Positions 49,658 through 61,633 of a stretch of 64,000 nucleotides of DNA are shown one piece after another. The notes below the pieces were generated by a model that had not been told where the DNA came from, ran no database searches, and saw only the letters and a program-made list of their open reading frames with translations. Source of the DNA: an uncultured Actinomycetota bacterium (GTDB taxonomy: Bacteria > Actinomycetota > Actinomycetes > Mycobacteriales > SCTD01); contig CAVXHI010000010.1 of the NCBI GenBank assembly GCA_963761655.1, positions 137,400 through 201,399 of the forward strand, in the 5' to 3' direction. The position numbers and the translations under genes are program-made. Numbering within the stretch: position 1 is the first letter of the stretch; each line of letters starts with the position of its first letter.

Positions 49658-50440
49658 TGCCTCGACTGGCTCGACGTGTGCTCGCGAACGCGCATCCGGA
49701 CCGTCTCGCCGAGCGCCTGGCTGAGGCGCTCCAACGCCGCGAGGAACGGCGCCTCCTGGCCGTCGCCCGAGGCGGACGCGACGTCTGCTGGGTCGACGAG
49801 GACCCTGAGCCGCTGGTGACCGTCCGCATCACCACCTACAAAAGAGCGGAGCTGCTGGTCGACCTCGCCCTGCCGTCCGTCCTGGCGCAGACCTACGGAC
49901 GGCTCGAGGTGCTTGTCGTGGGTGACGGAACGGACGCTGCGACCGACCGCGCCATGGCTGCTGTTCGGGATCCCCGCGTCCGGTACGTCAATCTTCCCCG
50001 CTACCCCACGAGCGCATCGACCGCGCACCAGCGTTGGGCCACGTCAGGGTTGCGCCCTGCCAACACGGCCCTCTCCCTCTGCTAGCGGCTCCTGGCTCGC
50101 CCCGTGCGACGACGACGACGAGTTCACACACGACCACGCTCGAGGCCCTGCTCCGGGAGGCGCAGCGCCGCAGGCTCGAAGTCCGTGTGGAGCGACAGCC
50201 TCGTAGTCCGTCACGGGACGGTGATCGGAGGGCCGGCCCTGTCGAGTGAGACCATCACGCACGGTTCACTGCTGTACAGCCTGGGCTTGCGCTTCTTCCA
50301 CTACAACCCGACGTGCTGGCGGCGTGGCGAGCCGTTGGACTGGAACCTGTGGCGCCGGATGGCGGCGGCCGGGGTGCGTACCGGTTACCTGGAGCAGGTG
50401 ACGTACAAGTACCACAGCGCCGCGAAGGAGGGCCTTCTGA
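49657..50440 (+). CDS. GT2 glycosyltransferase (frameshifted)
   Basis: PLVTVRITTY, SVLAQTY, LVVGDG, APCDDDD, DWNLWRRM. Confidence 0.72.
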
Positions 50441-51375
50441 GCGTTCGCCCGCAGGTCAGCGTGCTGGTCCCGGTCCGGAACGGGGAGCGCTTCCTACCGC
50501 CGGCACTGGCCAGCCTGCAGGCTCAGCAGGTGGACCTGGAGGTCCTGGTCGTCGACGACGGCTCCACCGACGGCGGCGTTGCGCTCAGTCCGCGACCTCA
50601 GGGACGTGCGCTTCACGGTGCACGTCCAGCGGCCCGCAGGCATCTCGACGGCACTGAACCGGGCAGCGACTCTGGCTCGGGCTCCTTACCTGGCCCGCAT
50701 GGACGCCGACGACGAGTGCGCGCCCGAGCGCGGCTGCAGCGGCAGCTGGCCCTGCTCGAGGTCGACCGCGGCCTGGTCGCGGTCGGCAGCTCGTTCGACG
50801 TCATCGACGAGCGCGGGAGCGGTGACCGGTGCCCGCACAGTCGCCCTGTGCGACCGCGAGCTGCGGGCCCAGCTGCTCTGGCAGAGCCCGTTCTGCCACG
50901 GCTCCGTGGTCATGCGCGCGGACGCGTTGAAGCAGGTGGGAGGGTACGAAGTCGGTCGCGAACCGGTGGAGGACTACGACCTGTGGGTCCGTCTCGCGCA
51001 GGTGGGTCGGCTCGCTGCGGACCCGGCTCGGCTCTACCGCCATCGGACGCACGAGGACGCTGTCTCGTCCTCGCGCAGCCGCGAGCAGGCGTCCGGAGCC
51101 GACGGTGTCTCCCGCGAGGCTGCTGTTCGGCTGTCGTTCCCGCGCGAGGGCGCCGACGCCTGGACGCGTCGACGCACGACCTCCTGCCAAAGCGGGACCC
51201 GACCACCTCGCGCTGCACGACGAGGTGCACCGAGAGTCTCGCGCTGCGCCTGCTGCGCGACCGCCGGCCCGGCGACGCGGCCGACGAGGCCCGGCGCCTC
51301 GTGCCCGTCCGCGGGGTGAGCGCCCGCACGGCCGTGAGGGCGGTAGCCGCGGGCTTGGCCGGCCTCCGGCCCTGA
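50437..51375 (+). CDS. GT2 glycosyltransferase (frameshifted)
   Basis: VSVLVPVRNG, VVDDGSTD, ARMDADD, HGSVVMR, EDYDLW. Confidence 0.75.
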   Translation: MSVRPQVSVLVPVRNGERFLPPALASLQAQQVDLEVLVVDDGSTDGGVALSPRPQGRALHGARPAARRHLDGTEPGSDSGSGSLPGPHGRRRRVRARARLQRQLALLEVDRGLVAVGSSFDVIDERGSGDRCPHSRPVRPRAAGPAALAEPVLPRLRGHARGRVEAGGRVRSRSRTGGGLRPVGPSRAGGSARCGPGSALPPSDARGRCLVLAQPRAGVRSRRCLPRGCCSAVVPARGRRRLDASTHDLLPKRDPTTSRCTTRCTESLALRLLRDRRPGDAADEARRLVPVRGVSARTAVRAVAAGLAGLRP

Positions 51376-51412
51376 GCACCTGCGAAACGCGCTGCCCCGT
51401 CTCTGGACCGCG

Positions 51413-52590
51413 TCAGCGACTACCGACGGCCGCGTAGATCGCGAGTCGCGCCAGGGCGGCATGCTCGGGCGCGAACAGGTCGCGGGCCTGCTCGCGGGCC
51501 GCCCTGCCGGCCGTCACCGCCGCACCCGGGTCCTCCAGCCACGGCCGTAGCGCTCGGGCGATCGCCTGCACGTCACCCACCGGGGTAAGGGTCGTGCCCC
51601 GGAAACCCGAGCCGTCCAACTGCTCCGAGATCCCGGTCCCGTCCGACACGACCACGGGCCGACCGGAGGCGATGGCCTCGGCCGCAACCATGGAGAAGCT
51701 CTCGTGCCGACTAGGGACGACCACCACGCGAGCGTCGGCGTACTGCGCCGTCAGCGAGTCCCTCCCCACGTGGTCCGAGAACTCGACGGTGACGCCGAGC
51801 CGGCGAGCGCGCGCTGCCAGGAAGGCCCGACCGTCCGCACCATCAGGTCGAGTGCAGGACGTGCCAACGAAGCGCACACGAAGACCGGGCACCTCCTCGC
51901 GGAGAAGGGCGACGGCGCTCAGCGTGTCCTCGGGTGCTTTCTTGACCTCGAGCCGACCGACCTGCAGCACCAGGGGGTCGGCCGCGCAGGCCGTCGGCAC
52001 CTGTGTCCACCGTGCGAGGTCGAGCGGACTCGGGACCGTGCGCACACGATCAGGCCGGCTGAGACCCGCCCCGGCCAGCGCCCGCCGCGAGGCCGCCGTG
52101 ACCGCGTCTGCGCGCCTGACGACGCAGCTCTCCAGCGAGCCGCGGCCCGAGCGTCCCGTCCGGCCCGCAAGCCGTTCTCGGCGATCACCTGCCGCAGGCT
52201 CGTGTGCAGGTGCACGACGTGGACAGGCGCCGCCCTACGTCCGAGCAGCAGGCTCTCCGCGAGCCACTCCGGCGCCTCGAGAGTCGGGCCGCAACCGCAG
52301 CTCGCGCAACGCGAAGCGGACGGCCAGCGCCCCGGCCGCCCTCGACGACGTCAGCGGCCCGTTGAGCGGACCGAGCTTCTCGGGCAGTCTCGGCTGGCCG
52401 AACCGGTGGACGCGGACGGGCCCGTCGCGGTCGTCGTCCGACGCTGGCCGGGGATGCAGCTCAGGACGTGCACGTCGCAGCCGACGCCGGCGAGCGCCAG
52501 CGCGTTGGCGCGCACCCAGGCCGCAATCCCTCCCCAGCCGCTCTCCGGCGGGTACTCCTTGCTGACGAACAGGACGCGGGGCGCGGGCAC
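51413..52590 (-). CDS. GT4 glycosyltransferase (frameshifted)
   Basis: VLFVSKEYPPESGWGGI, GRLEVKK, PSRHESFSMVAAEAIASGRPVV. Confidence 0.75.
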
Positions 52591-52595
52591 CGGGC

Positions 52596-53815
52596 TCAGG
52601 TCTGCCAGGAGTAGTCGACAAGCACCGGCCCGGCGATGACATCCCCCATGACTCCCGCCTGCGCGTCGTACCCCTCGGGGACGACGCGCACCGTGAGGGC
52701 CTCGACCCAGGTCATGTACTGACCGTGGCCCGTCTCGTTGAAGACGTCGCAGTAGACGAAGTACACGCGCGGTCGAAGAGGGAGGCTGTCCAGCCGCAGG
52801 CGGCACTCCCACATCCCGTCGACGAGGTCCGGCGCCATGCCGTCCAGGAGCATCGAGCACTGCACTAGCAGGCCCGGCCGTCCGTCTGTGATCCCGACGT
52901 TCACGTGAGGCCGCCGAACAGGCCCGTCCCGCAGCGGAAGCGGAGGCGGAGCTCCAGGCCCCGGCCGGGAAGGAACGAGCACCATTCCTGGCCCGACAGG
53001 TCGTGGCAGGTAGCGTCGACCAGCTGCATCACCCCTTCGCCTCTCGGTCCCGCTGAGACCCGCTCACGCTGGGTGTCGAGGTGCTGGAGGTAGTCGCCGA
53101 GCACCTCACGGACCGGCGCTCCGCCTTGACCTTGCCGTCCACGAGCAGGACCCCGCGAGAGCAGAGGCTCTCGACCGCCGCCAGGTTGTGACTGACGAAC
53201 AGCAGTGTGGTCCCGCCGCGGACCAAGGCGCTCATGCGCTCGACGCAGCGTGTCTGGAACGCAGCGTCGCCGACGGCGAGGGCCTCGTCGACGACGAGAT
53301 GTCCGGCTCGAGGTGGCTGGCGATGGAGAAGCCCAGCCGGAGTGCATGCCGCTGCTGTAGTACTTAACCGGTCTGTCCATCGCCGACTCGATCTCGGCGA
53401 AACTGACGATGTCGTCGAACCGGCTCGCGATCGTCTTCTTGCTCAGCCCGAGGATGGATCCGTACAGAGCGATGTTCTCCCGGCCCGTAAGCTCCGGGTG
53501 GATTCCCGAACCGACCTCCATCAGCGCGCCCACGCGCCCGCGCACCCTGACAGCCCCGCTGGACGGGCGCGAGATACGGGTGATGAGTCGCAGCGCTGTC
53601 GACTTGCCGGCGCCGTTCGGGCCGATCAGCGCGTACGACTCACCCTCGCGCACCTCGAAGTCGACGTCGGTGAGCGCCTGCCGGACAGGTGCTCTCGGCG
53701 TCCGTCGCGAGGCGATCGGATGGGCGAGCCTCTCTCGCAGGCTGTTGTAGCGCTCGCCTGAGCGGGGGTACCGCTTGCCGACCCCCTCGAACTTGACCGC
53801 GTAGTCGGTCGAACC
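52596..53815 (-). CDS. wzt: Polysaccharide ABC exporter ATPase with Wzt_C-like C-terminal domain (frameshifted; start approximate)
   Basis: [33 protein letters not shown]. Confidence 0.82.
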
Positions 53816-53822
53816 GGAGCTC

Positions 53823-54702
53823 CTAGGTGAGGTCGGCGAGCTGGGACTCGAGGCGCTGGAAGACCAGTACGCCGAGCAGGGCGAGGAGACACGAGGTGAC
53901 GGCGCTGGCAGCGACCAGCGGCCAGTCCGGCCAAGCGCCTACGGCGAGCACGCGCCGGAGCGCGTCCAGGGGACCCACGAAGGGGTTCGCGAAGGCGTAG
54001 ACGACCCGGAGGTAAGCCGGGACCTTGGTGAGGGGAAGGCGACCGGGCTGGCGAAGAGGAAGAACTGGATGAAAGCCGGCAGGGCGTACCGCACGTCGCG
54101 GAAGTAGACGTTGACGGCGGACAGCCCCAACGCCAACGCGGCGGCCGGCAGACCCAGGAGGACCAGCACGAGCGGGAGCGTGAGGAGCGGCAGGCCGAAG
54201 GGGTCCCCGCCGAGGATCGCGACCAGCGGGACTGCCAGGGCCAAGGCGACGAGCAGGTCGGCGTACGAAGAGCCGATCGCGCCCAGGACGGGCGCCTCCC
54301 GCGGAAAGTACACCTTGCGCAGGAGGTTGGACTCCGCCACGAGGGCGTTCGCACCTGTGCTGAGAGCGCTCGAGATGAAGTTCCAGCCGACCAGCACGCT
54401 GACCAGGAAGGCCGGGTAGCCGCGCCGCCGCCGCCGAATCCGCTGAGCCGGCCGAAGAACAACAGGAACGGCAGGAAGAGCATCAGCGGCTGGACCAGTG
54501 CCCAAGCGACGCCGAGCGCGGCCTCCTTGTAGCGGACCTGCAGGTTTCGCCGCGTGAAGCTGCTGACGACCTCGCGGTACTCCCACAGCTCGGCCACTGC
54601 CTGCCGGGACCCGCGTCGACTGTCACCGGTGTACACGGACTCGGTCAAGCGGGTCGCAGGACGGTCGTCACGACTCGCGCCGCGGAGGGGGACGGCGACC
54701 AT
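53823..54702 (-). CDS. wzm: Polysaccharide ABC exporter permease (frameshifted)
   Basis: LWEYRE...VRYKEAALGVAWALVQPL, LLRKVYFPR, NVYFRDV, FASPV. Confidence 0.82.
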
Positions 54703-54793
54703 GTCAGCCTCTGGACTTCGCGCCAGGAGGACGGCTGCCGATGACACACTCGGTCGACGCGCACGACGGTGTGTGACAGGAGGTGACCAGCGC

Positions 54794-56241
54794 GTGCTGA
54801 CGAGAGACCTGACTGTGCAGCATGTCCCTGTCTTCGACCGGACCACCGAGCGCTTGAGCCGTTGGGCACCGCCGTCTGCAGCAGTGCTGCTTCTCGTCGC
54901 GTCCTTCCTGCTCGCCTCGGGCAGGATCACGCCGCTGCTTGTGCTCACCGGCGTCGTGCTGCTGACCACCGTGCTCGCCCGACCCCTGCCCGCGGCCCTG
55001 GTCCTGATCGGTTGTCCTGCTTCGTCTCGTCCCCGACCCCCTTCGCGGTCGACGCCGTGGGCGTGCGGACCGACCTGGGGCAGGTGCTGGGCTACGCGCT
55101 CCTGCTGTGGCTGCTCGTGCGCGGGCTGTCCACCCGCCCCGGTAGCCCTGCCGGTGGCGGGCCGCTCGTCCTTCTGACCGGAGCCATGGTCGTCGGCGCG
55201 CTCGTCGGCCTGGCCGGCGGAGGCGACCCGTCGACGGTCCTCGGACAGCTCAAGGAGTACCTGCTCTACCTGCTGGTGGTCCCGCTGCTCGCACTGACGT
55301 CAGACGGCCGCGGCAGTGACGCGCTCGAGCGCGCGGTGACGTCGACCTGCACCGCCGGTTCGGCCTACGTCTGCGCCTCCGCGGCGACCGGGGGGGTGCT
55401 GCCGGTCGTCAGCCCGGACGTCGAGGTCAACACGCTCGGCGTCCTGGTGGAGGCGCAGCGCATCCGACCAGCCATGCTCCCGCTCCTGGTCGGGGCGGTC
55501 CTGCTCCTGTCGGCGCGGGTGGTGGCTCGCGGCTGGTCCACGGGCCGGGTCGCCCAGGCGGTCCTGTACGCGCTGGCGTTGCTGTTCTCGCTCAATCGCA
55601 GCTACTGGGTGCCGCTGCTCGTCCTGCTGCCCGCTCTGCTGCTCGCCTGTCCCGGCCGCACGGTGCCACTGCGCACCCTTCGAACGACCGCCGTGCTGGT
55701 GCTCGGGGGGCCGCTCCTCACGCTGGCGTTGCTGAGCGGTGCGCTCGGTCCCACGACAGGAGCCGCGGTGGAGAGGTTGGCGAGCGTCGGTTCCTCTCAG
55801 ATCACCCGTGACCCGTCTTACACGGACCGTCAGGAGGAGTACGGGCACGCCTTCGAGGCCCTCGCCGCCCACCCGGTGACAGGTGTGGGACTGGCCCGCC
55901 CGTACGGCGCGCGCCGTCCCGTCTACGACGGACTGAAGGGCCTGGTCGTGTACGAGGACCGCATCTTCAGCCACAACGGACTGCTGCAGGCGCTGCTCCA
56001 CGGTGGGCTGCTCGCCCTCGCCGCGCTCGGCTGGCTCGCCGTCGCAGCCGTCCGCAGCGCGCTGGACAGCGTGCGGCGGGGCGGACCCGGTGACGGCCGC
56101 CGGCTCGCTGGCTCGTTCGCGTTGCTGGCGCTGTTCCTGATCAGCCTGCTCAACACACTGCTGGCCTACCGGCCGGCGACGGTCGCAGTCTGTGCGGCGT
56201 TCGTCCTGGCACGCGGACCTGTGGAGGAGGCAGATGTCTGA
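54794..56241 (+). CDS. O-antigen ligase/polymerase-like membrane protein (frameshift near 55015)
   Basis: Multi-TM; SLNRSYW, HPVTGVGL, SHNGLLQ. Confidence 0.75.
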
Positions 56242-56920
56242 CGCGCTGGCGGAGAAGGCCGCCCGCCGCGCCCTCGTAGAGCTGCGTGACGTGCGCTGGA
56301 GGGCTGCCCGGGCAGCCCTGGTGCTCCGGCTGCGGCTCCTGGCGCTGGAACGCGGCGCACAGGTCGACGTCGAGATCGCGCCCGACGTCATCGTCCTGGG
56401 ACGAGTCACGGTCGAGGTCAAGCACGGCGCACGTGCCCGGCTGCGCATCAACGGAGGAGGGGTGTGGGAGGGCGGGGTGCACGTCGAGCTGCAGGACGGC
56501 GGCGACCTGCAGGTCGACGAGGGCGTCACCGTCCGGTCCGGCACGAAGCTCATCGTGGGTGGCCTGCTGCACCTGGGAGAGGCCACGCTGCTCAGCTGGT
56601 CCTGCGGCTCTCTGCAACGAGCACATACACATCGACGGCGCCGATGTGGCCCACGACGTCACATCCTCGACCTCCGGCACTTCTTCGACGGCGTGAACCG
56701 CCAGTCGGAGAACATCGAGACGCGTCCCGTCCACGTGGGGCGCGACACCTTCGTCGCCACGCAGGCCGTTCTCCTTCCTGGAGCGCACGTCTCGGAGCAC
56801 AGCATCGTCGCGAGCGGGGCAGTCGTGTCGGGTCGGCACCCGCGAGGCGGCCTGCTGATCGGCTCACCGGCTCGTTGGCAGCCGCTGCCGGGTCACCTGG
56901 ACCGCGTCGCCGCTCCGTGA
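56234..56920 (+). CDS. Hexapeptide-repeat (left-handed beta-helix) acyltransferase
   Basis: PVHVGRDTFVATQAVLLPGAHVSEHSIVASGAVV...GSPAR. Confidence 0.78.
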   Translation: MSDALAEKAARRALVELRDVRWRAARAALVLRLRLLALERGAQVDVEIAPDVIVLGRVTVEVKHGARARLRINGGGVWEGGVHVELQDGGDLQVDEGVTVRSGTKLIVGGLLHLGEATLLSWSCGSLQRAHTHRRRRCGPRRHILDLRHFFDGVNRQSENIETRPVHVGRDTFVATQAVLLPGAHVSEHSIVASGAVVSGRHPRGGLLIGSPARWQPLPGHLDRVAAP

Positions 56921-57521
56921 ACGCCCTGCAGATCCTCGCCTCGCTCTTCGGCTGCGGTGGCGGACCGTCCTGCTCTGCGTCGTCGCCGGCTGTCTGGGCA
57001 GCTGTGTAGCGGTCCTGCGCACGCCGACGACGTACGCCGCCGACGCCAAGCTGCTGCTGGACCTGTCGGGTGGCAACGACGCCGCGAGCGCCGCGGACGA
57101 ACTCCAGCTGCTCGCCCGCCTGCTCCCCCGGTATGCGGTCGCGGCCACGTCCGTGGAGGCGACGGACCGGGCCCGCCGCCTCCTCGGAGACGTCCCGCTC
57201 TCAGCCCAGGTCTCGTTGGCCGTCGAGCCGGAGCCTGGAACGCTGCTGCTGCGCTTCACGGCAACGGGCGCGTCACGGCAGGAGGCACAGGCGGTCGCGG
57301 CAGCGGCCGTGTCCGCCTTCATCGACACCGCACCGCCCGCGGGACAGGGGCCCGGGCTCGCCCTCCGCACCCGCGTCGTCGATGCCCCGCTGGCGAAGCA
57401 GTCCCGGAGCAGCCCTCAGCCGGTCCGCAGCGTCCTGCTGGGATGCGGGATCGGCCTGTTGGGCGGCCTGGTGACGGCGAGGTTCCTGGTCGGAGTCGCC
57501 GGGCCCTCAGGCCCAGGCTGA
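56917..57521 (+). CDS. Wzz/CpsC-like chain-length determinant-like protein (frameshifted)
   Basis: TPTTYAADAKLL, EPEPGTLLL, VVDAP...SPQP, C-terminal TM. Confidence 0.6.
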
Positions 57522-57603
57522 CGTCACGTCGGCTCAGACCGAGGGCGTCACGGCGCTGGGACCCGCGCCGCAGAACATGCACCAACGTGCCCCTGCGCAG
57601 GTC

Positions 57604-59412
57604 TCAGCGTCTGCGCTGGACGATCGACACCTGTTCCGGCTGCAGCAGGGGCTGCGCCCGGTAGCGCAAGGGCACCTGAGGATCGACGGGCTGGAAACGT
57701 GGAGCCTCAGGTCCGTCGTCTGAACCGGCTTCAGCACGACCTCGGTCGACAGCACGGTGAGACCCGACTCGACCTGGGACGTCATGGACAGCGGTCGGCC
57801 GTCGAGGGTCGCGCGGTCGAGCTGGGCGCCCTTCCCCAGGTACACCGACACCCAGGTCTTGTTCTCCCCCCTCACGAACGGCGCACCGGACGGCAGGTCG
57901 CCGCGGACGGTCACGTACTCCGGCAGGCCGACGGAAGGCGCGTCGTTGCGAAGGCGGACGCCCACGTCGGCCTCCTCCTCGGCCTGCAGCCCAGCGCCGA
58001 TGTCCACCCGCCGACCGGTCACGGCACCCCGGTAGGAGATCCCCCGGTGCAGGTAGGTGTCCAGCTTCCCGCCGGCCAGGTTCTGCGTGACCACTTGCAG
58101 GAAGCCGGATCGGTCGGCGGGCAGCGCCCCTCCGACAGCAGTGCCCGCCAGCTGAGCCTGCAGCCGCGGGTCCGACGCTCGGACCAGGAGGTGCCCGCTG
58201 CCTGCCGCCTTGCTCAGACTCTCGGCCAGCACGCGGACGTCGGCCCGTCCCTCGTCCAGGGCGCCGAACACCTCGCGCACCAGTTCGGTCAGCACGAGGT
58301 TGCGCTCGTCGTTGCGCTCGATCGGGTACTCGGCGTAGAGGTCGCGGGTCAGGGTCTTCACGACGTCGACGGCTCCGATCTGCCGGCCGCGGAGCTGGAC
58401 GGGCCCGGTGGCCTCGAGGACAGCGGCAAGGGTGACGGGGTCGACCGCCACGACTCCGTCGACCTTGGCGACGTGGGTGCTGTTCCACAGGGCGCTGAGC
58501 GTGCGACCGGCAGTCGGGAAGTCCGGGGTCAGGGTGGCGTTCTGCCAGTTCCGTGTCGCCCCGAGCGCTCCGTAGCGTCGGGCGAACTCCTGCGGCACAG
58601 GGAAGGGCGAGTGCGGCAGGTCACGCAGGTCGTCGTTCGCGCCGACCTGACCCAGCTGCAGCCGGCCGTGGTCGACGGTCACCAGTGCGTACGCACCGAC
58701 GATGCCGCCGGTGGCGCGCGCCTCCGCCGGGTTCTGGAGGCCACCAGGTACCGACGAGGTCCGGACCGGCCCAGCAGCTCCGGCAGCACCTGCGCCCCCT
58801 GGTCGGCACCTCGCAGGACGCGGTAGAGGACCCTGGCCTGCGCGAGCGCGTCCCGTCGCACGCCGCCGAGCGGACCCCCTCCTTCCTTGTCGAGCAGCGC
58901 GACGGCGCGTGCGCCGGCCTGCGCGGCGGACGAAATCTCGGGGCGCAGGACCTCGATGACCGCGGGGTCGACGACGGCTCCTGAGCCCCGTCCGCGACCC
59001 AACTCGCGCTGCACGCGCAGCAGTGCGGGGGCGGCCCGGCTGCTGAGCAGCACGGCGGCCTGGCTGATGCGCTGCAGGTCGTCCGCGGGACGGCCGACCA
59101 CGGGCAGGGGAGACAGTGCGCGCAGCACCGGGCCGAAGGCAGCAGCCCGGGCCTCTCGCGAACGAGCGGCCGCGTTGGCGAACGCCTCGGCAGCCTTCTC
59201 CTCACGACCGGCATCCAGGTCCTCGACTGCCTGGTGGACGTCCTGCCGGGCGCCTACCAGGGCCGTGCCGGCCCGGTATGCCTCCCACCCGCCCGCGGCG
59301 CCCGCCAGCGACAGCAGGACCAAGGCCGACCCAGCGGCGCGCTTCGGCCACCTGCGGGCTACGACGACGCGACCGTCCGGGGGCGGCGGCGCGGGCAGGA
59401 CCGTGCCGTCAC
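57604..59412 (-). CDS. DUF4012-domain membrane-anchored protein (frameshifted; ends approximate)
   Basis: GPRRYLV, QNPAEARATGG, TPDFP, DGVVAVDPVTL, GGKLDTYL, QPL. Confidence 0.75.
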
Positions 59413-60016
59413 GAAGCCGGGCGGCGCCGAAGAGGGTGCCGGTGCGCCGCAGCCTGCAACGCGGTCCCGGCGAGGAGGAGTCCCAGCCCGAGGACTGCTG
59501 CTCCGAGCAGCCAGTCGGCCCCTGTACGAGGCAGCGAACGTCCCCGCGGACCGCTTCCCCCGGCGCCCTCGGACGTTCCGCCTTCACCAGAAGAGACGGC
59601 CAGCCCGGTCACGGTCACCACGGACTCGACGACCAGGCGGCCGCCGCCCCGACCGGTCCCGGCGGCGGTCAGGCGGTGCTGACCGACCTTGCTCGCACTG
59701 TCGAAGCAGACCTCGCGAGAGAAGGAGCCGTCCTCGCGCGCTCTCACGGTGCTGTCGTACTCGCCGTTGTCCCGGATCGTGACAGGGGTGCCGGCGCGGA
59801 AGCCGTTCCCGCTGAACACCGTGCACTCCCCCGGATCGACACGGCCGGCACTGACCTCGCTCGTGCCAGTAGCGGGGTCAGGCGGGTACACGCTCTCCTG
59901 CGCGGCGGCCACGGGTAGAGCCACGGCAGGCGGCGCCCGATGACAGACACCAGCGCGAGCACGAGCGCAGACAGCACGGCGGCCACCGGGGTGGAAGGGC
60001 GACCGGACAGGCTCAT
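59409..60016 (-). CDS. Small sortase-anchored protein (LPRTG); frameshift near 59935
   Basis: GAGGAG RBS, signal peptide, YPP, one Ig-like domain (FSGNGFRAG...DGSFS...GQHRLTAAG), LPRTG + TM + basic tail. Confidence 0.75.
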
Positions 60017-60051
60017 GGATCTCCTCAGGCGTACCGGTTGGTCTCGTGGAG

Positions 60052-60079
60052 GAGTCGGCAGCGCGAGGTCTCCGCTTGA
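60052..60079 (-). promoter_or_regulatory. Candidate sigma-WhiG/sigma28-type promoter of the LPXTG-DUF4012 unit
   Basis: Minus strand (C)TCAA-N16-GCCGACTC inside a 67-nt intergenic gap. Confidence 0.62.
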
Positions 60080-60083
60080 GGTG

Positions 60084-61594
60084 TCAGTGGGTGGAAGATC
60101 CCTGCTCGCCCATCTTGACCGCATCCTCGACGGCTGGAGAACGCCCCTGCAGGCCCTCGACCGGCGGCGCGCTCTCGGCGTCGACCTCGGAGTGCTGTTC
60201 CCGGCGCAGCAGGCGGGCCAACGCCGGACGCCCCGATTCCCCCCTCTGACGGCGGTCGCCGTAGGCGGCGTAGGCGGCGTACGAGCCGTCCATCGATCCT
60301 TGAGGGACCCCGTTCAGGACGTGACCGACGACGCGGGCCGCCACACCGTCGAGCCGGCGCCGCGCCTCGACCGCCTGATGGCGCCCCGTCCGCCCGGAGC
60401 GCACGACCATGACGACAGCGTCCACCGCCGTGCTCAGGAGCACGGCGTCGGTCACTGGGAGCACAGGCGGCGCGTCGACGACCACGACCTCGGCGGTCGC
60501 ACGGAGGTGTCCGAGCAACGCTCTCATGGCCTGAGACCCGAGCACCTCGCTCGGATCGGGAGGCAGCGGTCCGGCGCCCAGGACGCGTAACAGGCCATCT
60601 CGCCAGGGCAGGAGCGCTTCTTCCAGGGGGAGCTGCCCGGTGAGGACGCTGGTGATGCCGACCCCACTGGGAAGGTCGAGGAGCTCCGTAGCGCGCGCCC
60701 GGCGGAGGTCGGCGTCGACCAGGACCACGCGACGTCCGTCCTGGGCGAGTGCCAGAGCCAGGTTGACGGCCGTCGTCGTCTTGCCGTCCTCGGGCTCGCC
60801 GACGTGACGAGCAGCGTGTGCACCGGCAGGTCGGGGTCGAGGTAGAGCAGGGCTGTCCGCAGCGAGCGGTAGGCCTCGGCCGCCGGCCCGAGGCGGTCGT
60901 CGGCCACCGTGCCCGGGAGCAGCTTCTCGGGTCGCAGGTCGGGGACGCTGCCGAGCAGCGGCGAGTCCGTGACCTCGGCCGCCTGTTCAAGGGTGCGCAC
61001 GCTGCGGTCCAGTGCCTCGAGGAGCAGGGCGAGCAGCAGGCCGGCGGCGAGCCCGAGGACGGCGCCCAGGCCGATGTTGAGCACGGGGCGGGGAGACACG
61101 GGGGTGGCGGGCAGCGCAGCCCTGTCAATCACCCGGGCCTGCACGCGCCCCTCCCTTCCCGCATCCGGCCCCGCGACCAGGTCGACGAGGACGAGTGCCG
61201 CCGAGTCGGCCACGGTCTGCGCCCGGACGGGGTCGTGGTCGTCGGCGGACACGTCCAACAGGAGCGTCTCCGGCTGGGGTGTCACCTGCAGCCGCCGCCG
61301 GACATCCTCGACGTCGTCAGGCAGCTTGAGCCGGTCCTTGATCTGCTGCGCCGCCGAGCGCGACATGCCGATCTCGGCATAGCTCGCAAGCAGTTGCGTC
61401 GACAGCTGGACGCCCTGAAGTGCCTCCTGCGTGGTGCGGGCGGCCGGGAAGTCCACGATCAGAGAGGACGTCGCGCGGTAGGTGACAGGGGAGGACCGCG
61501 TTGCGAGCGCGGCGGAGGCGACGCCGAGGAGCAGGCACACGAGGATCGCGGACAGCCGGACCTTGAGCAGTCTCAGGACTGCCGTCAACTCCAC
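60084..61594 (-). CDS. Polysaccharide co-polymerase / tyrosine autokinase (Wzc/CpsCD-like; frameshift near 60790)
   Basis: Wzz-like N-terminus, PVSPRP, AEAYRSLRT, GKTTTAVNLA, VDADLRR, VDAPPVLPVTDA, Tyr cluster SYAAYAAY. Confidence 0.85.
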
Positions 61595-61633
61595 CGCCGC
61601 AGCGTAACCACGGCGGGACTTAGCCTGGCTGGG

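Noticed and set aside
54717-54744. WhiG-type promoter upstream of the ligase-like gene (GCCGATGA)
   Set aside because: Good -10 but no matching -35 at 16 nt
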